A DNA stretch of 64,000 bases from Lytechinus pictus (lineage: Eukaryota), in contig NC_087245.1 of assembly GCF_037042905.1 (NCBI RefSeq), positions 34,288,001 to 34,352,000 of the forward strand. Direction: 5' to 3'. The number at the start of each line of letters is the position of its first letter. Positions within the stretch are counted from its first letter, which is position 1. The notes beneath the pieces are model-generated. The model was given only the letters and a program-made list of their open reading frames with translations. It did not search any database and was not told the origin of the DNA. The translations under genes were made by a program, and so were the position numbers. Below are positions 9,951 to 22,977 of the stretch, piece after piece.

Positions 9951-12267
9951 TCTTGTAAACCTCCTTAACATGCCACCGAATTCAACACGATATTTGTAAG
10001 TCCATTTACGCGATGATCCATATGACATTCACCATTCTTTTTGCCGTTTGAAGTACTCTGTTTGCATCCAAGTTGAGTGGAAAAATATAAACGCATGTCA
10101 CTCAAAAACTCCAGAATGTTTTGCCACTAAAGACAGCGCAATGAAGTCTGTGTAGTCTACCCGTAATCCTGCATCGAGTCGCTCAGCGCTCGAGCGAGGT
10201 GTGGTCTACCATCCCAGCCGTAACTGCCGGGGGCAAGGCGACGACCATGCGACTGGGTAAGACCACCAGAGAAACCAGGGAAGTTGCCAAAAACGAAAAG
10301 CCTTGGAACTAAAAATGTGACATTGCATTGATATATCATCTAGCCGGCGAATGGCAATGGTATAATGTTTTTATTATCAAAGTGCCCTAAGCTTGCAGCT
10401 CATGATACTCTTAAATTATTAGTCGTGATTGCGACCAAAGCGGGCCAAAGAAGTTCTCTTTATCTTTGATCCGAATAAAGACCATCGAGATACTGAAGTG
10501 GATTGGACATGGTCTTGAAGGTCCAATATCTCAATTTGACATTGAAATATTTTGATGGGACCTTTTATTTTCTCCAAAAAAGACATGGAATTTTAAAACG
10601 AAGAAAATTCGAAGGCTGTATCTACAAGAGTATGTGTAAATTCGAAGTCATGAGAATGTCAACCCCCACACCCCAAAAATTATCCTTGTCTTCGAAGTCA
10701 TTATCACCACCGCAATTATCATCATCAACATCTACATCATCACGATCGTCGTTGTCATTGTTACCATCACTCTATCCTTCTTCCTCTTTTATCTCCATTC
10801 CCTGCTCCTTTCTCCTCATCTTCCATCTCATCATCATCTTCTTCTTCTCTTCCTTCTTCTTCTTCTCCTCCTTCATTTTCGTCTTTTCTCTTTTTTCTTT
10901 CTTTCTGTCTGTCTGTCTGTCTTTCTTTCTTTATTATTTTATTACTTTATTTTCATCTTTGTCCTGTCCGCAAAAAACTCAGTTTAGATTAATCTAAAAT
11001 GCTTCAAAATCACTCCCAATAGTAAATTTCTACCAAAAGAAAACACTATCTACTCATTAAATCTTATATGATCACGAAATCAGTCCTTCTCTTTTATTTC
11101 CTTAATTCAAAATATAACCGTTTTTTTTTTCTTTCTATCTTTTAAAAATGATCACGACGGTGTTTGAGGACGAGTCAATAGTAACATCCATTTTAAACAC
11201 GTATCTCTAATCTGGAATGTAAACTAGAAAAGTAAACCAAGTTGAAATTTGGCCAAAAGGTAAATAGACAACTTTGGCTACCTGTAATTACACTATCAAA
11301 AATTAACCCATAAGGTCGACATATTCGCTGATTCCTATACAAGAAACTTCGCATCATTTTTGTCTGCGTTGCACGCAAGGTTGCGCGAATCGATCCCCAA
11401 ACAACGCCCCTTATCACCCGCTATCGCGACGCTTTGATAAAAAACCATTACTAGGTAAATCTTATAAATTAGTTATGACAGAAGGAATGATTAATTATTT
11501 ATCGTTTGAATGTGAGCTCAATGATATTGGTCTACAGTTTGATGTAATTATCTACAATCCAAAGACCCATATCAAGACTCATTGATCTAAATTTAATTGC
11601 AAATGTGACACTGAATAAAAATTCTGACAAGACAGCGAACAAAACGCAAATGATATTATTTTATATTTTCATATTTTTTTACACAAGATTAAAATTTCCT
11701 TTCAATTATAAAGAGAAAGTTGAACTTGGTAAAATGTCTACACCAAAACATTACAAAAAATAACAAGGATTTAGGGTACAGCATACTCAATTTCTAATAC
11801 TCTAGCATTCAATAAAAATTATGATGATTGAACACAAATCGCCCCTGACTCTCTAAATTATTTCAAAAGAATGGGGGGATAACAATAAGACAATATGCAC
11901 TTCACGACCTGGGTTGCATTTCAAAATCGCGCAATGAGAAAGCCATGTCAAAGGTCATCCTACAAGATACCCTCCAATAAAAACAAGGGATTGATTTCAT
12001 GAAACCACAAACTCGGAAAACACAGGAAACAGAGTTCAAAATTGGCAACATTGTTTGAGGGGCTTCGTTTAAAACCTCTGACTTCCCCGTCATCAATCAT
12101 GTCTCCCATTCTTCACCCAGGCGGCCTTGTATCTTTAAGAAACTGACAGGAATCTCATTTAATTAATCATGTCATACCAGCGAACCATGTAATTCATCAT
12201 TTCATCTAACTGAACTTCGTCACGTCATCACCATACCAATCGTCCAGCTCGTTCTATGTTCGTTTTA

Positions 12268-12480
12268 TACCTAGTTCCCACATTCACGACTTGCGCCACG
12301 ATTCAAATAGCGGTCTTAATCGTGGAGCAATCCTAGTTATCTTATCAGATCGTATCAGATCAGTCGTGGCAATCGTATTGATCGTAGAAGAATTTTGAAT
12401 GCTTCTCAAAGTTTTGCGATCAGTTACGATTGGTCAATCGTGGCTTTCGTAAAGGATCGCACGACAGTGTGAACGATTTA
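12268..12480. mobile_element. Degraded end of a non-autonomous DNA transposon
   Basis: ATCGT/ACGA-rich subrepeats and an AATTTTGAA motif similar in style to the 59076-60241 element. Confidence 0.35.
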
Positions 12481-12920
12481 TTAACAAAAAACTCACCCCA
12501 AACCTCTTTCCTCATCATGCAATCAATGATCATGCACAGCAGTATACGACACAAGGACAAGGACGCAATCACAGCAACCAAATATAAAGCTAGATTGCAT
12601 TATTTTATCATATATTTACTGACTGGCGAACGAAGGGCGTGAGTCGCCTGAAGATTTTGAATAGCATTTATCAGAAGTATCGTTCGTAATTGTAGATTTT
12701 CACGTGAATTACATTCAACAAGAAGTGAGCTTATTAAATTAAGTAATATTTTTTGCATGATAATCCATGATTTTAATATTTTTATGATAACTGACCAGAA
12801 ACTGTTTTTTATTTCGTTTCTGTTTATTCTACCCCTCCAAAAAATAACCATTAGATATTTACCTCGCAATAGATTAAATTTTGGCGAGTATTTTGCTTCT
12901 TGAAAAGTATTCTTTCGATT

Positions 12921-13499
12921 TAGAAACCAAAACCCAAGAAGAGAAGTTATCTTATTGGAAAGAGTAATTTGATATGAACGATTTAAAAAAAGGTTTCATC
13001 AAAATCGGTTATGAAATAAGCAAGTTAAGGGAGTTTGAAAACTCTTGTTGTACTTTCTATGGGGATCCTCAAATATGCAAACGTGCTTCAAAATGGCTGA
13101 TTTTGTGGACAACTCTCCATTTGTTTTATACACAAATTTTCAGATTTTCCTCATTATCTTTCAAATTGCACCTTGCCTCCTTCTGAGCACAGCATGTGTC
13201 ATGGGAAATATGATTCACACCACATATGTCAAGGTCAGGAGGAGATAAGGTGAAATATGTAAAATAAAGGGAAAATCTGAAAAATTGTGTAAAAAAAAAT
13301 GGAGAATTGTCCACAAAATCAGCCATTTTGAAGCACGTTTTCCAATTTTTGGATCCCCATAGAAAGAACAACAAGACTTTTTAAACGTCCATAACTTTCT
13401 TATTTCATAACCGATTTTGATGAAACTTTTTTTAGATTGTTTCTCTCATGTTACTCTTTCCAAGAAGATTGCTTCTCTTCTTGGGTTTTGGTAACCTTT
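12921..13499. mobile_element. Long palindromic MITE (Kolobok-like AAAGG end)
   Basis: ~250-bp inverted arms (accaaaacccaagaagagaag... / ...cttctcttcttgggttttggt), which also explain the mirror ORFs 13045+ and 13126-. Confidence 0.85.
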
Positions 13500-16400
13500 C
13501 AGTTAGCCAAGGTCATGAATGCCACATCCAGCGGAATATCTTCTGGAGGGTGTATTTTACCTTTAAAATTGACCTAGTTGTCGAAATGTAAACCATTCAC
13601 TAGTTGGTTAGTTTGGATTGAATGTCTATACGCAGTGGTGGTGCTAATGTAATTTAGATTTTTTTGGGGAGGGGGGGGGGGTAAAGATGACACAACAGCG
13701 ATGTCATTATTTAATGTGAATAACAGGGACACTCATAGAGCTATCTTTTCATATACTCTTCTTTATCAATTCTTATTTTCTTTTTTGTTGTTGACTGTAT
13801 ACTTGAAAAATTATTGGGGGTGGCCGCCCCAACCCTCCGTCGCTCCGCCCCTGTGTATGTGTGTGTGAAAAGCGGCATCTGAGGGTATTTTGTCCCTCTT
13901 GAGATAAGCTACATTTACTTATAGACTTAATGAATCACTCATTACCGATTGTCGGTCGCTCTTGTGCAAAGACAAATAACCAAAATAATTCCTCCTCAAA
14001 CCACTCATATTTCTACGTTTTTTCTCTCTCTTAACTAACCTCTCTCTAACAAAAATGACACGGTATCCTTGATTCTTACTTTTCACCTAGATTGTTTAAA
14101 ATACGCATCAGCCTTCTTTCTAATTATATATTTCATCCTTCCAACCCGTAATCCTCTTTCGTCTATCTGTCCGTCTGTCTTAATCTCTCTCTCTCTCTCT
14201 CTCTCTCTTGTCTCTCTCCATTTTTTTTGTCAATACAGAGAAAATCTATACAAGTTATTAACATGATTGAATCAAGGTACCGTTATCATTCAAACTTTTG
14301 AATGATATATGGCGACATTTGTAAACCGGATTCGAATTTAACACATGCACGGAGGGGATGTAAATGCTAACATTTTATTAAAACAAATGACATAAGACCT
14401 TCGTGAGAATTGCGATGAACTAAAAAAGACAAAGGTAGTTATAACATAGACCTATAGGTCTATGGTTATAACAACACGCTCCACTCCAGTTTGAAGTATA
14501 GGTCTTTGGTTGAAGGGGTGGAGAAGGGGGAGATTGGCTTCGTGGTATTGTACGATGGTGAATGGATACTTGAGTTGTGATTAGATGATAATTAGACGGC
14601 TTCTCCGTCTTCTATTAAACGTGTATTAATCAAGTACTCTGTACATGCTGTAACAGGTTGCTAAGCGAACAGTTCTGTGGCTAATAGTTCTCACGCCATG
14701 GCTGAGTGCGCCTGCAAAGTTTACAGCTGGGTGCACAAAATGGCATTATCATTTTTCATTTAAAATATAGAAAAAATTAATTTTGTGAGTTCCTATCATA
14801 ATTATTCCATCAAATGTCGTTCTAAAAACAATTAATTAAACTGGTGGGGTAATCTTAGGAAGAAACCATGAATTTTGCAGGTAACTAACATCTGAATAAT
14901 GTATAGAAATTGAAAGATATTTTCATATTAAAAATCAAAATAAACTGATTAATGATTAATTTTTAGAAGAAATAAGGTACTTAAGAGAAATATTGGGGAA
15001 TCTTCGATCAACGAAAATTCACGGAATATTTTTTTTTTCTATCAATAATGAAAGAAACTTAAAAATAAAACATTAGAATAATGAAGAAAATAACGGGAAA
15101 GGATGGTGATAGTGCTAAAACCATGCACATTCATACTTCATAATTGTTTCATCAAGCATTTTAAACAATTACGTTCGATCTACACTAACATGTTTAATGA
15201 ATGTTTTAACAATGATAATGACAAGTACTCTTATAACAATGATAAAGATGGTAATAATAGAAATCATTTAATCCATCTTTCGTTTAACGTTTCACACATC
15301 GAGCGATCACCATACCCTGAATATCGAATTCTGACTATAAAACATTAATTATTGTTCTTTCTTTACTTGAATTTAATGAATGATTAAAAACCCAATTAAA
15401 ATGAAATGAACACAATTAAGGAAACCATCCAAGGGAACTGTGCCGTGACCCGGGATAATAATTTCTAAGAAAACGATGTTTTTTTAAAGAAAACATCGAT
15501 CGTGGGATAAAGATAAGTTACATGAAATTAAGTTAAGTAATTTGATAATCGCATAATAAAACAAAGGGGCCGGGGGGCATGTACAACCGCGTATATACTT
15601 TTATAAGTTTTTTTCTCTGATATTTGTGAGTCACACCTCATCTGGTACGATACAGTGTCTTTGAATGATATTCCATGATTTGCATAATGTATAAGAGTTT
15701 AAGTAATTTCATCGAATTATTCTTTACAATTAGTTACTTTGTGAACTGTATTGTATGAATTTAATTTGAGAGGAAAATAATAAAACATCTTGGGGAAAAA
15801 AGGCTAACATCCATGATACAATATAAGCCTACCTATATATACCATGTCTTCGGGAAAAAAAATAAAAAAAATAAAAGTTGGGATCAAAGATACATTGGCG
15901 TGATTTTCTTTATATAGACTGTGCACAGCTGACAGATTTATATGGTTCCAGGTGAAAATCAAGTTATCTCGATTTATATTGGGGTAAATTAGGTATGTAC
16001 ACGCGATATCGCTACCAGAAGTAGCAGTAGCACACGACCGAAGATAGAGTATCATACCCGAATAAGATATGGGACATGTATATCGCTGTATGTTTAGCCG
16101 TTCATATCTTTAGGGCACGTTAAAGTTATATAGCCTTCACAAAGATTATGGGTTGAAATCGTACTTAAACTTGAGATCTAATCGCAATACCTCATTGCAG
16201 ACATAACAGCTTCGGTTTTTTTTAATCGCCCAAAAGTTTTATCACCCGTATCAGTAATAACACGCGATTGTGACAGTATTAATAGGCGGTGATTCCCCCG
16301 GAAAAGATATTCAACTATATTGTCATCAAGGCTATAACAATAATAGTTTTCTTATCCTTAACTTTTATTTTGACGGGCATATCGAATCAGATCATACTCG

Positions 16401-16719
16401 CGATTGAGTATGTACTTCAAGGGAAAGCGCGCCTCACAGTCTTAGAAATATGCCGGGGTAATATGAAAACATCATGTGGTAAATTTCCCGCAGATTTTCG
16501 CATTTAAGAAAGTTCATATATAAACTATAATGTAAAAGGTTTTTTAATCATGATATTCCGGTGTGTATTAAACATCAGCCATTTACACTTATATTTCATC
16601 TATTTTCATGTAAGATTGTATATAATATTTCACTGTGAAAAATCGTTATCTTGATAAATTGATACATATCATGAAAAATCAAGCAAACCATTCATCTTCC
16701 TCAATGCATACAACGAAAA

Positions 16720-16982
16720 CATGACCGTCACCAATCTTTTCCAAGGGGGGTGCTTTTGGGGCAAAAAAAGAGGAAAAATTATCAATTCCGATGTCAGGCA
16801 ATGCTGCTAGTGGCCCTATGAACAATTTTTTTAACAGGGTGTGAAAAAAAAGAAGATGGAGAAGGGTTTCATTACCAAACCGAAGGTCATTTTGGTCACG
16901 AGAAATTTTACAAGCAAAAAAAAAGTGGTCTAGAGGGGGTACCTACCATCTGCACCCCCCCCCCCCCCCGGTGACGGCCATG
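16720..16982. mobile_element. MITE with TIR CATGACCGTCACC / GGTGACGGCCATG and 7-bp TSD ACGAAAA
   Basis: Direct repeats at 16713-16719 and 16983-16989. Confidence 0.75.
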
Positions 16983-17065
16983 ACGAAAATATTATTAATA
17001 ATTACAATGATTAAATATGATAATGGTGCTCATTGCACCGATAATGATAATGAAAAATGAACATA

Positions 17066-17432
17066 CACACTAAGAAATAGGGGGTTCAAATTTGAATCCT
17101 ATAGGGGTCGGTACAATAGCAGCACCCAAGGTGTGCTAATGGGTGCAATTTTGCTTATTTGTGCACCTTTAAGGGTGCAATTAGCATATTAAGCACCCTA
17201 TAGGGTGCAGAAGTGAACCATGTAATAAAGGCTGAAATTTGAACTTTTTAATATCAAGAATCATGCACCTCAAAGGGTTCAAATTTGCACTGCTAAAGGT
17301 GCAAACGAGCATTTCTTGGTGCAAATAACGATAAAGGTTCTTTTTGCACCTTTTGCCACTTAGGGTGCAAGATTAGATAAAAAAAAGTTTGGTCCAAGTG
17401 TTCCATTTAGGGTTCAAAAATTTCTTAGTGTG
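17066..17432. mobile_element. CAC...GTG MITE with TA TSD
   Basis: TIR CACACTAAGAAAT / ATTTCTTAGTGTG; internal GGTGCA/TGCACC subrepeats. Confidence 0.8.
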
Positions 17433-18599
17433 TAGCGAGAAAAGAAATAATTTGCCAAGTTCACTTTGAGGTATACAATACCAATAAAGATCCATTGATT
17501 ATAATATTAAACGTTCACAATTAAGTACAAGGAAAGGGGTGTCATAATTAAGCCTATCAGAAGAAGAAAACTTCAGTAATTTACGTAATTAAATAAAAGA
17601 CTTACATAAATATGTCTCAATATACATTGTCTTCGATGAAAAATAGGCCTTTACTTTGGGCATGGACCTATGCTTTGGGAGAGCACGGAATCCAAAAATA
17701 TGCACGAAGTTAATAGCGGAGAATATGCTACGTTGAGCCCGATAGAGACGGGTAAAATATCAGCTGACACCGTCTAGAAAAATATGTTGATCTGAGTTCA
17801 AATTCTTTATTCATTCTATGAAACATTAATACATAACTTAGAAATAATGAGTGTCTTTGGAAATGGGGAATTCGATTAAAGAATTTTATTTTCATGTTTG
17901 ATTTATTTTTTATCCACTCTTTTAACCTGTCCGTCAGCCGACTTTCCAATCAATCTAGTGAGTTTGACATGTGTCTTTCACTTCGACCACACGTGGTTAA
18001 GATAAATTCTAATTACGTAATCCTAAGCAGGGGTGAAAGTGTGCCCCGATGGTCCCCATCACCGGACACCCCCTAATCCCAGTGGTAGCGTGCTTAAACC
18101 AACAAACCAACCCACACCAAGGTTCTGGAGCTACTCCAAAATCCCCCTAAAAATTCTGATGTGATCGCTCATTTATTTCTTTCTTTTTCCCCTATAATAT
18201 ATTGTACTCCTTATACAATGTACCACATTTTCCCTGATTTAATTGATTCTTATTATCAAAGTAATATAGGCATACTCCAGGCTAGAAATTATATGTGATA
18301 TGCTATGATAATTTTCAACCTGGGGACTATCCCGTAATTATTCGGGATTTTTTGTTTTTTAAAAAAACCTTTCGTGCTTTTTTTTCTGTTGAATTTTAAT
18401 ATTTCATGTCAAGAATTGTTTTACGATTATCCCTTGTAAATTGTAATGTATGTTAACTTTGTATGTACCTTGTTTTTGTTCTGGCACTTATGTTGAATGG
18501 AATAAATGCTATCAAATCACCAAAAAAATGCTATCAGTATGATTGTTTGTCGCCAAAGTATGAAATGGTTTTATTTTGTTTCGTCATGAAATAAAGCAA

Positions 18600-18790
18600 T
18601 GGATGATGGAAGGAAGGAAGGAAGGAGAGAAAGAATGGATGGATAGATGGATGGATGAATGAATGAATGAATGAATGAATGAAATCAATGAATGAAGTAA
18701 TGAATGGATAAATAAAGTATAAAGTAATGAATGAATTAATTGATGAATAATAAATAAATAAATAAATTAATTAATTAATTTAATTAATAT
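18600..18790. repeat. Compound (GGAA)/(GGAT)/(GAAT)/(AAAT)/(TAAT) microsatellite
   Basis: Seen directly. Confidence 0.8.
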
Positions 18791-20257
18791 TCAATACTTT
18801 TTTAATTACTTCTTTTTATAACTTTTATTTCACTGTAACAAATAAAGGTGTTTGTTTGACAAGTTGGACAGGTTCACAATTATTTCACACCTATTACAAT
18901 ATTTCATACTACGGATTCAAAAGCTATACCTGGTATATGTCGTGGTAATTCCCGCGAGTAACAAGAATCACAAACTTTAAATTGTGTTTTGTTGTTTTAA
19001 TACAAAACTAGATAAAATAATCTAACATGCACCTGTTTGGTAAGGGCCTATGTAAAATTACAAACACTGAACGGTTTTGTCGGATAATTCCTGCCGTGTC
19101 TGTCCGGCTAGATGCCAGAGATATACCGCGCTAAACAAGAACAGTGTTTTCTTCATTGGCAAGATGAAAAAGATGCCGCTTTGAGAGCTGTTAATTGTGC
19201 CACAAATATTTTTGATCAACCGTTTCACTAAAAAACTAAGAAGTATTTTTTCTTAACCTTTTACGAAAATAAGGTGATGAAAGAAGGAAGAAATACGAAA
19301 ATTAAAATATTGAAAATCGTAAGAACGGAGAATATTATTATCCCCCAAATAACAAGTGTGGGTGAAATAAATACAAAAATGTATTGTGTGACGATACAAG
19401 AGATAAATAAACCCTCCATCATATTTCATCACAATGATAAGATAAATATTCAACATAAAACAATGAAAATGATCACTTTTTTTTTCTTTACAGGCATATC
19501 ATGAATGTGTATCGGATTAAGATTCCGGTGTAAGAGCGTGGTAAGAGTGGTGTTAGCATATCTCATATCCCTTGTCCTATAAGTGCAAATGTTTGTGTCT
19601 TTTTCCGTTTCTCTTCTGATAAGGCGAAAGAGGGATCATTGATTTCTTCTTTTATCACGCAGGAAATAGTCATGGATGTCCTTAACGTGTTACCACACCT
19701 AAACATGAGTTCAATGATAACGATGGGTAGATAATAAATGCTGCTCATATTGCTTGTTCTTTCCTATGAATAGGCTTTCCATCCAAAACGGTATCTTTGT
19801 AATATTCCATATTTATTTCCACGTTTATTCATTTGGAACTTTTCAACTCGCAATTTATTTTTAGAAAAAGTCAGATTTGACGGAAATGTTGAACGCCTTC
19901 CTACGAGCAATAGACATTGGCTGAAAACTCAGCACTTTTTTTTTACCAGCTCTTGTGCCGGCTCTTGTGTCATGTATACACCTCTATGTTTTATATTCGG
20001 ATCAGACTATTAATTAATGCTCCTTTCAGTCAAAGTGATTGAATTTGTGTGACACTTTTAGACTAAAAACAAGGAAATCTCATCTTGATACCTGAAACTG
20101 GAATGGATAGCCTAAATGTACTCTTTTTAAATGATAATAAACCCCAAGTATCATCCTGCATGTGACAAATAGGCCTATATTATCAGCTGTGTGTACATAA
20201 TTATAATAGGCGCATTATGATGCCTTGGGGTATTATGTATCATAACCTGATACTATA

Positions 20258-20460
20258 CACTCTATAAAAAAAAGGGTTTACCCAATATTGGGTAAAATGG
20301 GAACATTTTGGTTGGGTAAAAAGATATACCCAATATTTTGTAAATTTTACGCAATGTTGCGTTAAAATAGCCCAATGTGGGGTAAAAAAATACCCAACAA
20401 ACATACATGTTCCCTTTCTACCCAATATTGGGTTAAATTTTACTCAGTCTTTTTAGAATG
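20258..20460. mobile_element. CACTCT-type MITE with TA TSD
   Basis: CACTCTATAAAA...TTTTAGAATG ends; internal ACCCAATATTGGGT palindromes. Confidence 0.7.
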
Positions 20461-21398
20461 TAGTGATACTGAAATAAGATTGGTGCTGATCAGAAATGTT
20501 GCTTCTTCAAGTCTCTGGAAGTGTCGACGATGAACTTTGGATCTGATATAGAACTTCTAGGCATACAAATTTATTTCTAATATCTAAAATAATCGAACCA
20601 AAAAACTTGAAATTTCAATCTTGATCCAGATACGAGTCTGACTGGTCATTATTCACAGCCGATCTAAATTTCAAAAATTTCAAAATCATGAATTTCGGAG
20701 TGAACTTCTAGTTTCTGTTCTCTTTGTCTCAAACTTTCTCTGCATAGCTCTTCAAAAACAATTGACGTTAGTAAATAATTACACGCTAGATGACCAACCC
20801 TCATTTATTTTCTTCGTTACTCCACAAGCATTTGTGTATGTTTAGGTGGTGAAGACATTGCATTAAAGTGCCACCGACATTATTTTCGCGTGATCACCCC
20901 CCAAAGAAAAATTTATTTGCATTGCTAACACCGCACGCACGCCTTTCAGACCCTCAGCAGAAGTTGTGGCAGTGGCATATGATTTTCAGAGCACATGACG
21001 TAACAATGATAACAAATATACAGCAGTGGAGGTAGCTGTTGGACGAGGTATTATCTCCTCAAAACATAAATCCATGGGGAAGATTGTTATGCTTTCTAAA
21101 TCAGTGACGATCGAACAGCTTCGTACACAAACGATGTGGGAGTGGGTGTGCGGCAGCATCCGGAAAAAAGCTACTCTTGAAAGCAGATTGAAAGGATGGT
21201 TTGGAAATAAAAGAAGGAAAGAGATGTCCCTTTGTTCTGACAAGAGAGAACAATATACCACTCCCAATCTTTCTTCACACACTCATTCATTTCTAGTTAA
21301 TAGTTCTCAACTTTCCTTATAATTGCTGGTTTTAGTTTATGATAATTATTCAGCTATGCGTAGGGCGTTGCCTTCAGCTATAAACTTTGACGATATTA

Positions 21399-21606
21399 CA
21401 CTCTTAAAATATAATGTTGGGCAACATACTGTCCACACAACAATAAAAAATTGGTTTAAAAAATTATCAAAATCTGGGTAGTTTTCAACCAATACTGTGT
21501 AGTTTTCACCCAAAGCACACATTATTGGTTTAAAACTACCCAGAAGTGGATAAAGTTTTAACCAATTATTGTGTAGACAGTATGTTGTCCAACATTTTTA
21601 AGAGTG
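21399..21606. mobile_element. CACTCTTAAAA MITE
   Basis: TIR CACTCTTAAAA...TGTTGGGCAACATACTGTC / GACAGTATGTTGTCCAACATTTTTAAGAGTG; related truncated copy at 32589-32795. Confidence 0.8.
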
Positions 21607-22382
21607 TTCTCTAGAAACAATTAGAAAATCAACAATAAAATTATCACAACAAAACAGATACTCTTTATGAAATACCTCCCACCCCGATAAAAAAACGTTT
21701 TATTCCTAAATGAAATACGCCACCCCCCAAAAAAAATCAATCAATCAAGTCATTAAAAAGTGTGAATACATCGAAGTAACCACACTAATTGAGGACGAAA
21801 ATAGCAAAACTTCCACTTACATTCGCATGTAATATTTTATGTGTCATATAATCATTTTATCACTCTATTCTTGTGAATGATGTGTAGACAAAATTATGAA
21901 AAAAGGTAACCAATAAAGTTATCAGGTTTGACATGATGATGTACATTATACCAACATACATGTAATTCCTCAAACCAAAACTTGAGTACCATGTATAAAA
22001 CTGTCGAAGTGTGTGAAGGATTTACGAGCTATTCTTGACCAATTATCAATCACTTCAATTCGAATGAATGAGTTTAATAGACTGGGCTGACCAGTGGTGC
22101 AAGTAATTAGATCTTTCCTGCCCTGAGGATAATTTACTCTGACGGAAGATGGACAGCTCGTGGAGGACATCGGGGGTCCAGATTGTATAACAGATGCAAT
22201 CAAACACAACTATATATAATAATCAAGCGAACTGGGGAGCGTTTTGTGAAAAGACCGAATATTTCATCTGACAAAGTACACTTTTAGAACATTTATTATT
22301 TCGTTTCTTTACTTTTCATTTTTGTTGACTTCAATTTTGCTTCTATTATTTTTTGCATAATTTTCATATTTTGTTGTATTAA

Positions 22383-22977
22383 AGGGGAATCCAGCCTTGG
22401 CCATAAAATGTTGTGTTGGGAAGGAGAAAAGTAAGTTAAACTGAATGGTGAAAGTTTGAAAGAAATCGGTCAGGCAATAAGAAAGTTATAGCTGCTTTAA
22501 AATTGAGATCACTAATTGTATGTAGATTTCAAATTGGCAACTGGGTAAGTAAATTATGACAAGGGGCAAGGACAACTTTCCCATAGGCCATGTACTTTAT
22601 TATCAGGGATTTGTGGTTTTCTCCTAAGTACCCATTCCCCTGGGGCAGTAATCTAAATATAACCCAGATAGTATATTGTTTTATGTCCTCATGAAAGAAA
22701 AATACAATTTGAAATAAAACTTTTGGGGAAAATGACATTTTAGCCATAATATGTATTGGAGTACATGGAAGAGTAGTCCTTGCCTTACATCACTATGTCA
22801 ACCCATATGCGGCCAATTTGAAGTCTCCATTGGTATAGTGATTACCAATATTTACAACTTTTAAAAATGTATAACTTTCTTGTTGTTTGTCCAATATTGT
22901 TCAAACTTTCACCTATCAACTTGTCTGAATTTTCTTTTCCTTATAAAAACAAGTTTTTATTTGGGTTGGATTCCCCT
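22383..22977. mobile_element. Kolobok-like MITE with TTAA TSD
   Basis: TTAA|AGGGGAATCCA...TGGATTCCCCT|TTAA. Confidence 0.85.

Noticed and set aside
10157..10339. GC-rich 60-aa ORF (…YGWDGRPHL…) as an exon or esterase-type ORF1 remnant
   Set aside because: The resemblance is too faint, with no clear splice sites or further motifs; left unassigned.
12974..13374. Near-identical ORFs on opposite strands (MADFVDNSPF)
   Set aside because: A by-product of the palindromic MITE arms.
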